DNA of 64,000 bases from Candidatus Krumholzibacteriota bacterium. Lineage in GTDB: Bacteria > Krumholzibacteriota > Krumholzibacteriia > LZORAL124-64-63. Position numbers and translations under genes: made by a program. A model generated the notes under the pieces. The model worked only from the letters and a program-made list of their open reading frames with translations, had not been told where the DNA came from and did not search any database. The stretch lies in contig JBDLKA010000005.1 of the NCBI GenBank assembly GCA_039714075.1, positions 1 to 64,000 of the forward strand, read 5' to 3'. The number at the start of each line of letters is the position of its first letter. Position 1 is the stretch's first letter. Positions 9,214 to 17,887 of this stretch are shown here, in pieces.

Positions 9214-12200
9214 TGGCGGACCGGGCCCGACACCTGCAGGGTCTTTTGCGCCCCTTCCGCGGCCGGGCCGGTGCCCGCAACGCCACCGCCGATGCCCGGG
9301 CCGCCGGGGAAATCCTGACCTGCGCCGAAGAAATGATCGCCGCCGCTGCCCCCGCCGAACAGGACCGTGACCTGTGGTGCGAATACCTGGCGGTGACCCG
9401 CCATCCCGACTTCCTGACCGCCCTGCCGGATTCCGCGGCGCGGAATCGCTGGGCGGAAACCACCTTTGCCCTCTGTGACGGTATCAACTACACCCTGGGC
9501 GACCTTCTGGACCGGCGGGCGGCGGACCAACCCGAACACGTCCTTTTCCAGGAACTGGCGGAGCCGGGCAGCGGCAGTTGGAATTACCACCAGGTCAGGC
9601 GCAGGGCACGCTCCATCGCGGCGATGTTCCTGACCGAAGGTCCCCGGCCGGAACTGGCCGGTGGCGGCTCGCGCGATCAGGACGGCCCCCGGGTCGCCAT
9701 TTTCTGCCAGAACAGCCTCGGCTCGGCCTGTTGCGACCTGGCGTGCCTGACCAACGACATCCTCGTCACCCCCCTGAACATCCACTTCAGCAGCGACGAC
9801 CTGGTCTGGATCTTCGACCGGCTTTGCCTCACGGTGGCGGTTTGCGATCACCCCGACCGGCTGGAAACCCTGGTGGCCGTACGCGCCCGGACGCAGCAGC
9901 CGTTCGTCATCTTCACCCTGAATCATTGTCCCCGGGTCGGCGAGCAGGGCATCCGCCTGCTGGAAGAACAACGGGCCCTGCTTGACTCCGAGGAAATCGA
10001 CCAGACGCTGGCCGCCCGGCCCCGGCGCACCATGCGGGAACCCGCCACCGTCATGTTCACCTCCGGCAGCACGGGCCGTCCCAAGGGCGTCGCCTTCAGC
10101 CAGTACAACCTGGTGACCAAGCGGTTCGCAAGGGCCGCGGCCCTGCCCGAAGTCGGCCGCAACGAGGTCATGCTCTGCTACCTGCCCCTGTTCCACACCT
10201 TCGGCCGGTACCTGGAAATGCTGGGCACCATCTTCTGGGGCGGCACCTATATTTTCGCGGGCAACCCCTCGGCGGCCACCCTTCTGGCCCAGTTCCTCCA
10301 GGTCCGACCCACGGCGCTGATCAGCGTTCCGGTCCGTTGGGTCCAGATCCGGGACCGGGTCATGGAACTGGCCCAGGGCGAGGAAATCGAGCGGCCCCAG
10401 GAAGACATCTTCAGGGATGTGGTCGGCGACAGGCTGTCCTGGGGATTGTCCGCCGCCGGGTATCTGGATCCCCGCGTTTTCCGGTTTTTCCACCGGAACA
10501 ACGTCAACCTGTGCAGCGGCTTCGGCATGACCGAAGGCACCGGCGGCCTGACCATGACCCCTCCGGGGGATTATGTGGAAAATTCCGTCGGCGTTCCCCT
10601 GCCCGGGGTCAAGGTGCGTTTTTCGGACTTGGGTGAGTTGCAGATCGCCGGCTGTTACATCGCCCGGTATCTTCCCGAAGACGCTCCGGCCGGCTGCCTG
10701 GCGGTCGCGGACCAGGACTCGGACGATTTCTGGCTGGCCACCGGGGATTTGTTTCGACGGACCCGGGACGACCACCTGGAAATCGTCGACCGCATCAAGG
10801 ACATCTACAAGAACAACCGCGGCCAGACCATCGCCCCCCGCGTGGTCGAATCCGTTTTCGAACAGGTCCCCGGCATCAAGCGGACCTTCCTCGCCGGTGA
10901 CGGCCGCAGCTACAACACCCTGTTGATCGTGCCGGACGACCAGGACGAGGTCCTGCAATCGCTGGCCAATCCCGACGACCGCCGGGAATATTTCCAGCAG
11001 ATCATCACCACCGCCAATCCCGTCCTGGGCTCCCATGAAAGGGTGGTCAATTTCGCCGTCCTGGACCGGGATTTCAGCCAGGACCGCGATGAACTGACGG
11101 CCAAGGGATCGTTCCGGCGCAAGGTCATCGAAGCCAACTTCGCCGAAGAGATCGCCGGGTTGTACCGGTCCAGCGTGCGGGTCCTGAAGGTGGGCCCGTA
11201 TTCCGTCCGCATCCCCCGCTGGTATTTCCGCGACCTGGGCGTTCTCGAAGACGCCATCACGGCCCGGAACGGAACCCTGGTCAACAACGAATCCGGACGC
11301 AGCCTGGTTCTGGCCGCAGGCAGCGATGGACGGGCCCGCATCGGGGATCTCGAATACAGGGTCGAGGGACAGGTCATCGACCTGGGGCTTTTGGCCCGCC
11401 AGCCCCTGCTGTGGATGGGTAATCCCCAGCTGATGAATTTCAGCCCCTGCCGCACCGGCTGGGACACCGAACTGGGCGCTTTTTCCGAACAGGTTTATCT
11501 GCCCACCGGGGGTCGGAGCAAACAGCAGGACCCCGTGGAACCGGGCCGCGTAGATCGCCAACTGGTTGAGGTCAACGACCTGTGCAACCGCGCCCTGTTC
11601 CGCGACGGGGAGCAGGCCCTCGATGCCATCCATGAACTGGACCGCGAGTTGGGGCGAGCCGGCGCGCGCCAGGGCCGGGTCATCCGCCGACGGCTCGAAT
11701 CCCTGGCCAACCACCCGACCAAGGCCGTGCGTTGCCGCGCCTACCAGGTGCTGGTCCTGGACCAGCCCACGCCCGATTACCTGCGCTACCTGCCGGCCTT
11801 CATCGAGTCGGGCAAGCCCTTCCTGGATGAAGAGAGTTTCACCGCCATCAGCAAGGCCCGCATCGAGCCGCGGCGCCTGCAGGCTTTCCGCCAGCGGCTC
11901 CATACCTACCGCACCCAACTGTCCTGGCCCGCCGATGAAAGAACCCGCCGGCTATTCGTGGACCTCTTCAGGTTGTTGGCGGACTTCGGACGATTCCACC
12001 CTGAATTCTACGGTCCCATCCGGGAAGAACTGGTCAGCTGGGCCATGCATGACGAAGATCCCGCCCTGGCGGCCAGCACCCTGCAGGAATTCAACAAACT
12101 GGCGGCCTGGTTCGAGGAGAAACTGAAAACCGGGTACGAGGGACTCGATCCCCAGGCCTGGCGGGGCAAGATCGTCTTCCAGGAAGGTCTCGGCCTGGAA

Positions 12201-13859
12201 GAGGTCCGCCGCCTGGAGGAAGTCCTGATCGGCACCACCTTCCTGCGTCATTCCCTGATGCTGGCCTTCGAGGGTGAAAAACTGGACCTCGCGGAGATCG
12301 GCCCCGGCGGCATCTGGGTTTCGCGCATCATTTCGCGCTTCAAGGACTCCCGCTACCGGGTGAGCATCAACACCAACGGCGGCAAACATTTCGATCTTCA
12401 GGTGATCATCCGCCAGGACTTCGACCAGAAACATATCCGCAACACGATTTTCTGGTACATCGTCCTCGGCGGGTACCCTTTCGGAACCGCCATGCTGCCC
12501 AACTTCGGGTGCTTCCGTCCCGAACTGGGCGCCCTGTCCATGGCCTACGTCAGCGACCTTACGGTGTGGGAAAAGATCCGCGAGTTCAGCGGCATCCGCG
12601 GCCCCGGCACCGCCCCCCCCACCCGGATGCGCTGGCATCAACTGATGGTCCGGGCCATGAGCGTGGTCGTGCGCGGCTGGCGCAACAGCGGTCGCAGGAT
12701 CATTCCCGGGTTGATCACGCCCAACAACATCGTGGTGCCGGAGCCGGATTTCCGACGCGGCGCCGTGCAGAACAACCTGTCCGGATGGAAGCCCTACTCC
12801 GGCCCCGTTTCCCTGATCCGGCCCATCTGGCGCAACATGTACCAGCACACGATCAGCCACTACCCCTGGAGCCAGGAATACCTCGAAAGGGAATGGATCT
12901 TCGAAGCCTTCGTCGAGGCTCTCGGCGCCGCCGACGCGCTGGTCTGGCTGAAGGAACTGCAGGAGGAGATCACCGGCCTTGAGGTGGATGAAATGGGCCT
13001 GGGCTTCGTCGAGGCCCTGGCCGGCTTCATCAGGTCGCTGGAAGACAGCTACCACCCGCCGCTGAACCTGCTGGGGGCCATCAAACGATTCGAAGACTGG
13101 GAAACGGTCAATACCCAGGCCAACCTCAAGGCCCGGCTGGAAATCATCGAGGAACTGACGCGGCTGTACCGTCTGGACCGGTTCCCCGAGATCGCCCGGT
13201 TCACCCTGTTCCGCAACACCTATTTCAAGGATGCGGACCTGGCGCTGCAGGATATCTTCGACCGGCTGCTGGTCCGCATGTTCCGCCATCCGAACCGCCG
13301 GGCCACCCAGATGGTGGAACTGTCCGACCTGCAATCCTCCCTGACCGATACGGACGACCGGGCCGCCTTCAACCGCCTGGCCTTCCCCCACCGGATGCGC
13401 AGCGACAGTGTCGAGGTCCGCGCCGTGGGTGATCCCGCCCGCAGCCAGGTCGTCGTCCGCTCCACCATCCAGGACCAGCACGAGCACACCTACGGCATCT
13501 GCGAACCCGCCGGCCCCGCGGAAGTCGGCCAGTTGTACCGCCTGTTCCTGAAGGCGGGCTTCCCCAAGACGATCAGCGAGGCCGACCTGTACCTGGTGGC
13601 CACGGACGAAGCCGAGCAGATCATCGGGGGCGTGGTGTACCGGATGCTGGACGACGAAGCTGTGTTCCTGGACGGGATCGTGGTGAATCAGGCACTGGCC
13701 GAACGCGGGATCGCACGCGCCATCCTGGCGGATTTCTGCACGCGGCTGACGGCCCTGGGCGTCAAGACCATCAAGACCCACTTCTTCCTGCGGCGATTCT
13801 ACCAGAAACACGGATTCAGGGTGGATGAACGCTGGGGCGGGCTGGTGCGGTTCCTCTGA
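9213..13859 (+). CDS. Large multidomain protein: AMP-forming long-chain acyl-CoA-ligase-like domain, central unknown/kinase-like region, C-terminal GNAT acetyltransferase
   Basis: FTSGSTGRPKG, YLPLFH, GFGMTE, TGDL, IVDRIKD (ANL adenylation motifs). C-terminal GIVVNQALAERGIA and FYQKHGF (GNAT). The start overlaps the response regulator stop (TGATG). Confidence 0.85.
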   Translation: MADRARHLQGLLRPFRGRAGARNATADARAAGEILTCAEEMIAAAAPAEQDRDLWCEYLAVTRHPDFLTALPDSAARNRWAETTFALCDGINYTLGDLLDRRAADQPEHVLFQELAEPGSGSWNYHQVRRRARSIAAMFLTEGPRPELAGGGSRDQDGPRVAIFCQNSLGSACCDLACLTNDILVTPLNIHFSSDDLVWIFDRLCLTVAVCDHPDRLETLVAVRARTQQPFVIFTLNHCPRVGEQGIRLLEEQRALLDSEEIDQTLAARPRRTMREPATVMFTSGSTGRPKGVAFSQYNLVTKRFARAAALPEVGRNEVMLCYLPLFHTFGRYLEMLGTIFWGGTYIFAGNPSAATLLAQFLQVRPTALISVPVRWVQIRDRVMELAQGEEIERPQEDIFRDVVGDRLSWGLSAAGYLDPRVFRFFHRNNVNLCSGFGMTEGTGGLTMTPPGDYVENSVGVPLPGVKVRFSDLGELQIAGCYIARYLPEDAPAGCLAVADQDSDDFWLATGDLFRRTRDDHLEIVDRIKDIYKNNRGQTIAPRVVESVFEQVPGIKRTFLAGDGRSYNTLLIVPDDQDEVLQSLANPDDRREYFQQIITTANPVLGSHERVVNFAVLDRDFSQDRDELTAKGSFRRKVIEANFAEEIAGLYRSSVRVLKVGPYSVRIPRWYFRDLGVLEDAITARNGTLVNNESGRSLVLAAGSDGRARIGDLEYRVEGQVIDLGLLARQPLLWMGNPQLMNFSPCRTGWDTELGAFSEQVYLPTGGRSKQQDPVEPGRVDRQLVEVNDLCNRALFRDGEQALDAIHELDRELGRAGARQGRVIRRRLESLANHPTKAVRCRAYQVLVLDQPTPDYLRYLPAFIESGKPFLDEESFTAISKARIEPRRLQAFRQRLHTYRTQLSWPADERTRRLFVDLFRLLADFGRFHPEFYGPIREELVSWAMHDEDPALAASTLQEFNKLAAWFEEKLKTGYEGLDPQAWRGKIVFQEGLGLEEVRRLEEVLIGTTFLRHSLMLAFEGEKLDLAEIGPGGIWVSRIISRFKDSRYRVSINTNGGKHFDLQVIIRQDFDQKHIRNTIFWYIVLGGYPFGTAMLPNFGCFRPELGALSMAYVSDLTVWEKIREFSGIRGPGTAPPTRMRWHQLMVRAMSVVVRGWRNSGRRIIPGLITPNNIVVPEPDFRRGAVQNNLSGWKPYSGPVSLIRPIWRNMYQHTISHYPWSQEYLEREWIFEAFVEALGAADALVWLKELQEEITGLEVDEMGLGFVEALAGFIRSLEDSYHPPLNLLGAIKRFEDWETVNTQANLKARLEIIEELTRLYRLDRFPEIARFTLFRNTYFKDADLALQDIFDRLLVRMFRHPNRRATQMVELSDLQSSLTDTDDRAAFNRLAFPHRMRSDSVEVRAVGDPARSQVVVRSTIQDQHEHTYGICEPAGPAEVGQLYRLFLKAGFPKTISEADLYLVATDEAEQIIGGVVYRMLDDEAVFLDGIVVNQALAERGIARAILADFCTRLTALGVKTIKTHFFLRRFYQKHGFRVDERWGGLVRFL

Positions 13860-13908
13860 TCAAGCACAGATTCCTTATGGTTTAATCCCTTCGGCTGCAA
13901 CGGCCTGC

Positions 13909-13937
13909 TTGACTAATCAGGACGCTGCTTCTACGGT
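13909..13937 (+). promoter_or_regulatory. Candidate sigma70 promoter for the bd-like oxidoreductase operon
   Basis: TTGACT-N17-TACGGT about 30 bp before the ATG. Confidence 0.45.
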
Positions 13938-13966
13938 GGATTTCAACCAACATCGGGGGTGCGACC

Positions 13967-15517
13967 ATGAATTATCCTGTCTGGGAACTGGGCATGGGCG
14001 CCGGTGTCCTGATCGCCGTCGTTTCCATCCTCCACGTCTTCGTTTCCCATTTCGCCGTCGGCGGCGGCCTGTGGCTGGTGGTCACCGAGATGCGCGCCCG
14101 GCGCACGGGCGACGACCGCCTGCGTAACTTCGTCAAGAGTCACAGCCGGTTCTTCATGCTCCTGACCCTCGTCTTCGGAGCCATAACCGGTGTCGGCATC
14201 TGGGCCACCATCGGACTGATCTCACCCCACGGCACCAGCGCCCTGATCCACGGCTACGTCTGGGGCTGGGCCATCGAGTGGGTTTTCTTCTTCGTCGAGA
14301 TCGCTGCCGCCCTGGTCTACTATTACGGCTGGGAACGCCTCGACGCCCGCACCCACGAGGCGGTCGGCTGGATATACTTCGCCGCCGCCTACATGAGCCT
14401 GGTCATCATCAACGGGATCATCACCTTCATGCTGACGCCCGGCGGCTGGCTGGAGAACCGGGAGTTCTGGACCGGCTTCTTCAATCCCACCTACTGGCCG
14501 AGCCTGTTGATCCGGACCTTCGGCGCCCTGGCCATCGCGGGCCTCTTTACCCTGCTGACGTCGACCCGTGTCGAAGGCGGCGGGTTCCGCTGGCGTCTGA
14601 CCCGGTGGAACGCCGCCTGGGCCCTGGTCGCCATGGCCGGGGTCGTCCTGTCCGCGATGTGGTACGGCAGTGCGGTCGGCGTGTGGCGGGAGAACGAAGC
14701 CCTGCTGGGGGCGATTCCCGTCCTGCCGAAGGTGGCCGGTCTGTTCCGGATCGGACTGATCGCGACGACGGCGTGGCTGCTGGTTCCCCTGGCGGTGCCG
14801 AAACTCAACCGCGGTCCCCTGGCGACGGGTCTGCTGGTCCTGGCCCTGCTGACCATGGGCGCCGGCGAATGGCTGCGGGAATCCGGACGCAAACCATTCA
14901 CCATCCACGGCTACCTGTACAGCACCGGGATGCTGGTCGAACAGGAGGACTGGTACGCCGAAAACGGCATGGCCGCGGGAACGAAATGGCTCTCTGAAGA
15001 AACGCGCGAAGACCCCTTGCGGATGGGCCGGGAACTTTACCTGGCCTGGTGCCAGCCCTGCCACACGGAGAACGGCTACAACGGGCTGCGGCCCTTCCTG
15101 GCCCTCTGGAACGAGGAGACCGTGGCCAGCCTGGTCCCCCGCCTGGAGCACATGCGGGCCCTGATGCCTCCCTGGTACGGCACCGAGGAGGAGAACAGTG
15201 CCCTGACGGCCTACCTGATGAGCCGCAAGCCCCGTGAGAAAACCGGCCCGGGCGCCCCAGTATTAACCCCCGAACGCGCCTTCGCCGTTTCCTGTGGTCT
15301 GTGCCACACACCGCGAGGCTATCGCAGTCTGGCCGAATCGATGGCCGGAATGACGCCCGCGGAGATTGACGAGTTCCTGGACGAGGCCGGCGACCTGATG
15401 GATGAGATGCCGGCCTACCACGGGCCTACTGAGCAACGCACGCTCCTGATCGATTACCTGCACGAGCTGGGCAATCCCCCGACGGAAGCGGATGCCGCCG
15501 AAAGGAGCGCCTCATGA
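13967..15517 (+). CDS. Cytochrome bd (CydA)-like subunit fused to two c-type cytochrome domains
   Basis: LHVFVSH, FGAITGVG, AIEWVFFFVE, FFNP and GEWLRESGRKPF (GRQPW-like). C-terminal CQPCH...MPPW and CGLCH...MPAY. Confidence 0.85.
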   Translation: MNYPVWELGMGAGVLIAVVSILHVFVSHFAVGGGLWLVVTEMRARRTGDDRLRNFVKSHSRFFMLLTLVFGAITGVGIWATIGLISPHGTSALIHGYVWGWAIEWVFFFVEIAAALVYYYGWERLDARTHEAVGWIYFAAAYMSLVIINGIITFMLTPGGWLENREFWTGFFNPTYWPSLLIRTFGALAIAGLFTLLTSTRVEGGGFRWRLTRWNAAWALVAMAGVVLSAMWYGSAVGVWRENEALLGAIPVLPKVAGLFRIGLIATTAWLLVPLAVPKLNRGPLATGLLVLALLTMGAGEWLRESGRKPFTIHGYLYSTGMLVEQEDWYAENGMAAGTKWLSEETREDPLRMGRELYLAWCQPCHTENGYNGLRPFLALWNEETVASLVPRLEHMRALMPPWYGTEEENSALTAYLMSRKPREKTGPGAPVLTPERAFAVSCGLCHTPRGYRSLAESMAGMTPAEIDEFLDEAGDLMDEMPAYHGPTEQRTLLIDYLHELGNPPTEADAAERSAS

Positions 15518-16623
15518 TCCCCCTGGCCGCAAACGTGATCCTGCCGGCGCCCGATGCGCTGCCCCTGCCCGCCCCCGCTTTTTTGATGCGGCTGTTGCTG
15601 CTGCTGACCTTCTACCTTCACCTGCTGGCCATGAACGCCATGCTGGGGGGCGTGATCATCACCTTCTGGGCGCGGCTGCGCCGGCGGGAAACCGGGGACG
15701 CATGGGACACCCTGGCCGACGCCGTCGCCGGAACCACCCCTGCGCTGGTGGCCGCGACTGTCACCCTCGGGGTGGCGCCCCTGCTGTTCCTGCAGACCCT
15801 CATGGGCCAGTTCTTCTTCACCAGCAGCATCCTGATGGGCTGGGGCTGGTTCTCGGTGGTCGTGGTGCTGATCTTCGCCTACTACGGAACCTACCTGCAG
15901 TCGTTCAAGCGCGACCGGCTGGGGTCGGCCCGGACGCCGTTGCTGCTGGGGACGGCAGTACTGTTCCTCTGGATCGCCTTCATGTTCTCCAACAACACCT
16001 CGCTGATGGCCGCGGTGACGACCTGGCCCGGGAAGTACTTTTCCGACGCCCGGGGCCTGCACCTGAATCTCGACGACCCGACTCTCGTGCCCCGGTATCT
16101 CCACGCCATCCTGGGCGCCGTGGCCGTGGCCGGCCTGATGCTGGCCCTGTGGGGGCGGCGGCGCCTGACCGGAGGGGACTCCTCCGGCACGTTCATGGTC
16201 CGCACGGGCCTGGCCGCCTTCACCTGGACCACCCTGGTCAACCTCCTGGTCGGCTCGTGGTACCTGATGGCCTTGCCCCGGGACGCCATGCTGCAGTTCA
16301 TGGGCGGCAGCCCCGTCGGCACGGTTTTGCTGACGGTCGGCCTGGTCCTGGGAATCCTCATGGTGGTATTGGGCCAGCGGGCCCGGAATCTCCCGCCCGG
16401 TACCGGGTTGATGCCGGTCACGGTCCTGACCGCCGTGGTGATGGCCGCCATGGTGCTGATGCGCGACATGGCACGGGGCGCTGTCCTGGCCGACCTGTAC
16501 CGGCCCGGGGACTTCGCGGTGAAGACCCAGGTCCTTAATCTGGTGTTGTTCGCGGGATTGCTGGTGGGCGGAATCGCGATCGTTGTCTGGATGGTCAGGA
16601 AACTGCAGAAGGCCTGGAACTGA
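15514..16623 (+). CDS. Integral membrane partner subunit, distantly CydA-like
   Basis: ATGA overlap with the upstream gene, about 9 TMs, LHLLAMN and DPTLVPRYLH matching CydA helix motifs. Confidence 0.65.
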   Translation: MIPLAANVILPAPDALPLPAPAFLMRLLLLLTFYLHLLAMNAMLGGVIITFWARLRRRETGDAWDTLADAVAGTTPALVAATVTLGVAPLLFLQTLMGQFFFTSSILMGWGWFSVVVVLIFAYYGTYLQSFKRDRLGSARTPLLLGTAVLFLWIAFMFSNNTSLMAAVTTWPGKYFSDARGLHLNLDDPTLVPRYLHAILGAVAVAGLMLALWGRRRLTGGDSSGTFMVRTGLAAFTWTTLVNLLVGSWYLMALPRDAMLQFMGGSPVGTVLLTVGLVLGILMVVLGQRARNLPPGTGLMPVTVLTAVVMAAMVLMRDMARGAVLADLYRPGDFAVKTQVLNLVLFAGLLVGGIAIVVWMVRKLQKAWN

Positions 16624-16641
16624 CAACGATCCGCGGACGGA

Positions 16642-17100
16642 TCACTTGCCGGCCAGGGGCCACAGGTCCTGCAGATTGCGGGAGGCGGCCTCCTCCTTGC
16701 GCAGAAGATCGGCGATGCTGGTCTGCTCCAGCACCTCGGCCACCCTACCTCCCAGATGCTGCCACACCGGGCGCAGGCCGCAATCCTCGGTGCGGGGACA
16801 ATCCGGGCTCTCGCTGGCTTCACGGCAGGGGAATTCGAACACCTGGTCTCCACTGATGCTGCGGATCACACTGGCGGCGCTGGTCCGTTCCGGCGCGTTG
16901 GCCAGGACATACCCGCCGTTGCGTCCCCTGACCGCGTCCACCACGCCACCCCTGCGGAGCATGCCCAGCAGTTTGGCCACCGTGGGTTCGGGCAGGGCCT
17001 CGGCTTCGGCCAGTTCGGACAGGGTCAATTGCTCGCCGACCACGGCCAGACGCATGATGAGTCGGACAGCCTGTTCTTCGGCCCTGGTAACACGGAACAT
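16642..17100 (-). CDS. Rrf2-family transcriptional regulator with three Cys (Fe-S type)
   Basis: LSELAEAEALPEPTVAKLL...RGRNGGYVLA and C-x8-C-x5-C (CREASESPDCPRTEDC). Confidence 0.92.
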   Translation of the reverse strand: MFRVTRAEEQAVRLIMRLAVVGEQLTLSELAEAEALPEPTVAKLLGMLRRGGVVDAVRGRNGGYVLANAPERTSAASVIRSISGDQVFEFPCREASESPDCPRTEDCGLRPVWQHLGGRVAEVLEQTSIADLLRKEEAASRNLQDLWPLAGK

Positions 17101-17168
17101 GGACACCCTCGCTGATTCAAGTGATGCGGCCGCAGGAATCCAAAGCCCGGGCCCCAAAACCAGGATTA

Positions 17169-17196
17169 ATCATATCAAGTATTTGAAAATTATCAA
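17169..17196 (-). promoter_or_regulatory. Candidate sigma70 promoter overlapped by an FNR-like palindrome, upstream of the Rrf2 gene
   Basis: TTGATA-N16-TATGAT on the minus strand; TTGAT-AATT-TTCAA at 17196-17183. Confidence 0.5.
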
Positions 17197-17243
17197 AATT
17201 TCGGACGGACGCAACCTTTGCCCGGCATTGCCGGGGTCCCGGA

Positions 17244-17825
17244 TCAGTCGGGAGTCATGATTTCCGTCGCCAGGAAATCGTCGTACATGTCCGCCGCCCG
17301 CGACAGGATGTCGGCGTAATCACGGGACCGGCCCATGGCTCTGAGGTAGGGTTTCAACTCGTCGAAGTTGAAGGAATCCTCGACCTGCAGGATGAAAAGA
17401 CGGGCGGCCAGGACACTGTCGGGCCGGGCCCGGGTGATGAAATCCCTCTCCACCCCCAGGGCCGCCAACAGCATCGCCACGCTGTCCGGAACGGCCGCCG
17501 AACCGGTGGCCGGCGATTTCTCCACCGGGCGGATGACCCAGCTCCGGGACCACCAGTCCGGGTCGTGGTGGATTTCGTCAAGATAAGGTTCAGGCCGTTG
17601 GTCCGGGACCTCCGGCTCGAAGTCGGGAACCGTCTCGATCGTAGGTGGGGGAAGAATGACCAACCACGGGGAAGCCGGATCCCGCTGACGTCCTTCCTGC
17701 AGGGAAAGGGGTGAGAAAAACGCGTCGATCCAGGGCTGGGGAAGCAGAAAAACGGCACCCAGGAACACCACGAGGGTCAACCCGATGCTGAAGGGCCATT
17801 TCCAGGGGTCTCGCCTGTCACGCAT
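17244..17825 (-). CDS. Hypothetical protein (N-terminal TM, Pro-rich linker)
   Basis: Fills the gap between neighbours, has a single hydrophobic anchor and a PPPTIETVPDFEPEVPDQRPEP linker; no recognisable family motif. Confidence 0.7.
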   Translation of the reverse strand: MRDRRDPWKWPFSIGLTLVVFLGAVFLLPQPWIDAFFSPLSLQEGRQRDPASPWLVILPPPTIETVPDFEPEVPDQRPEPYLDEIHHDPDWWSRSWVIRPVEKSPATGSAAVPDSVAMLLAALGVERDFITRARPDSVLAARLFILQVEDSFNFDELKPYLRAMGRSRDYADILSRAADMYDDFLATEIMTPD

Positions 17826-17834
17826 ATGAGAAGA

Positions 17835-17859
17835 AACGATGATCGGGCATGAAGGTTCC
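17835..17859 (-). promoter_or_regulatory. ECF-type promoter, probably giving a leaderless mRNA
   Basis: GGAAC-N16-CGTT ending 9 nt before the ATG at 17825; no Shine-Dalgarno in between. Confidence 0.5.
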
Positions 17860-17887
17860 GCCGGCCGGATTAGTTCGGGTCACCGGG

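Noticed and set aside
9168..11918. Very long antisense or alternate-frame ORFs (also 33626-35758, 46993-49152, 54660-56738, 875-2596, 30114-31793)
   Set aside because: They shadow well-supported genes on the other strand or frame and have no family motifs. Such ORFs are expected from high-GC codon bias.
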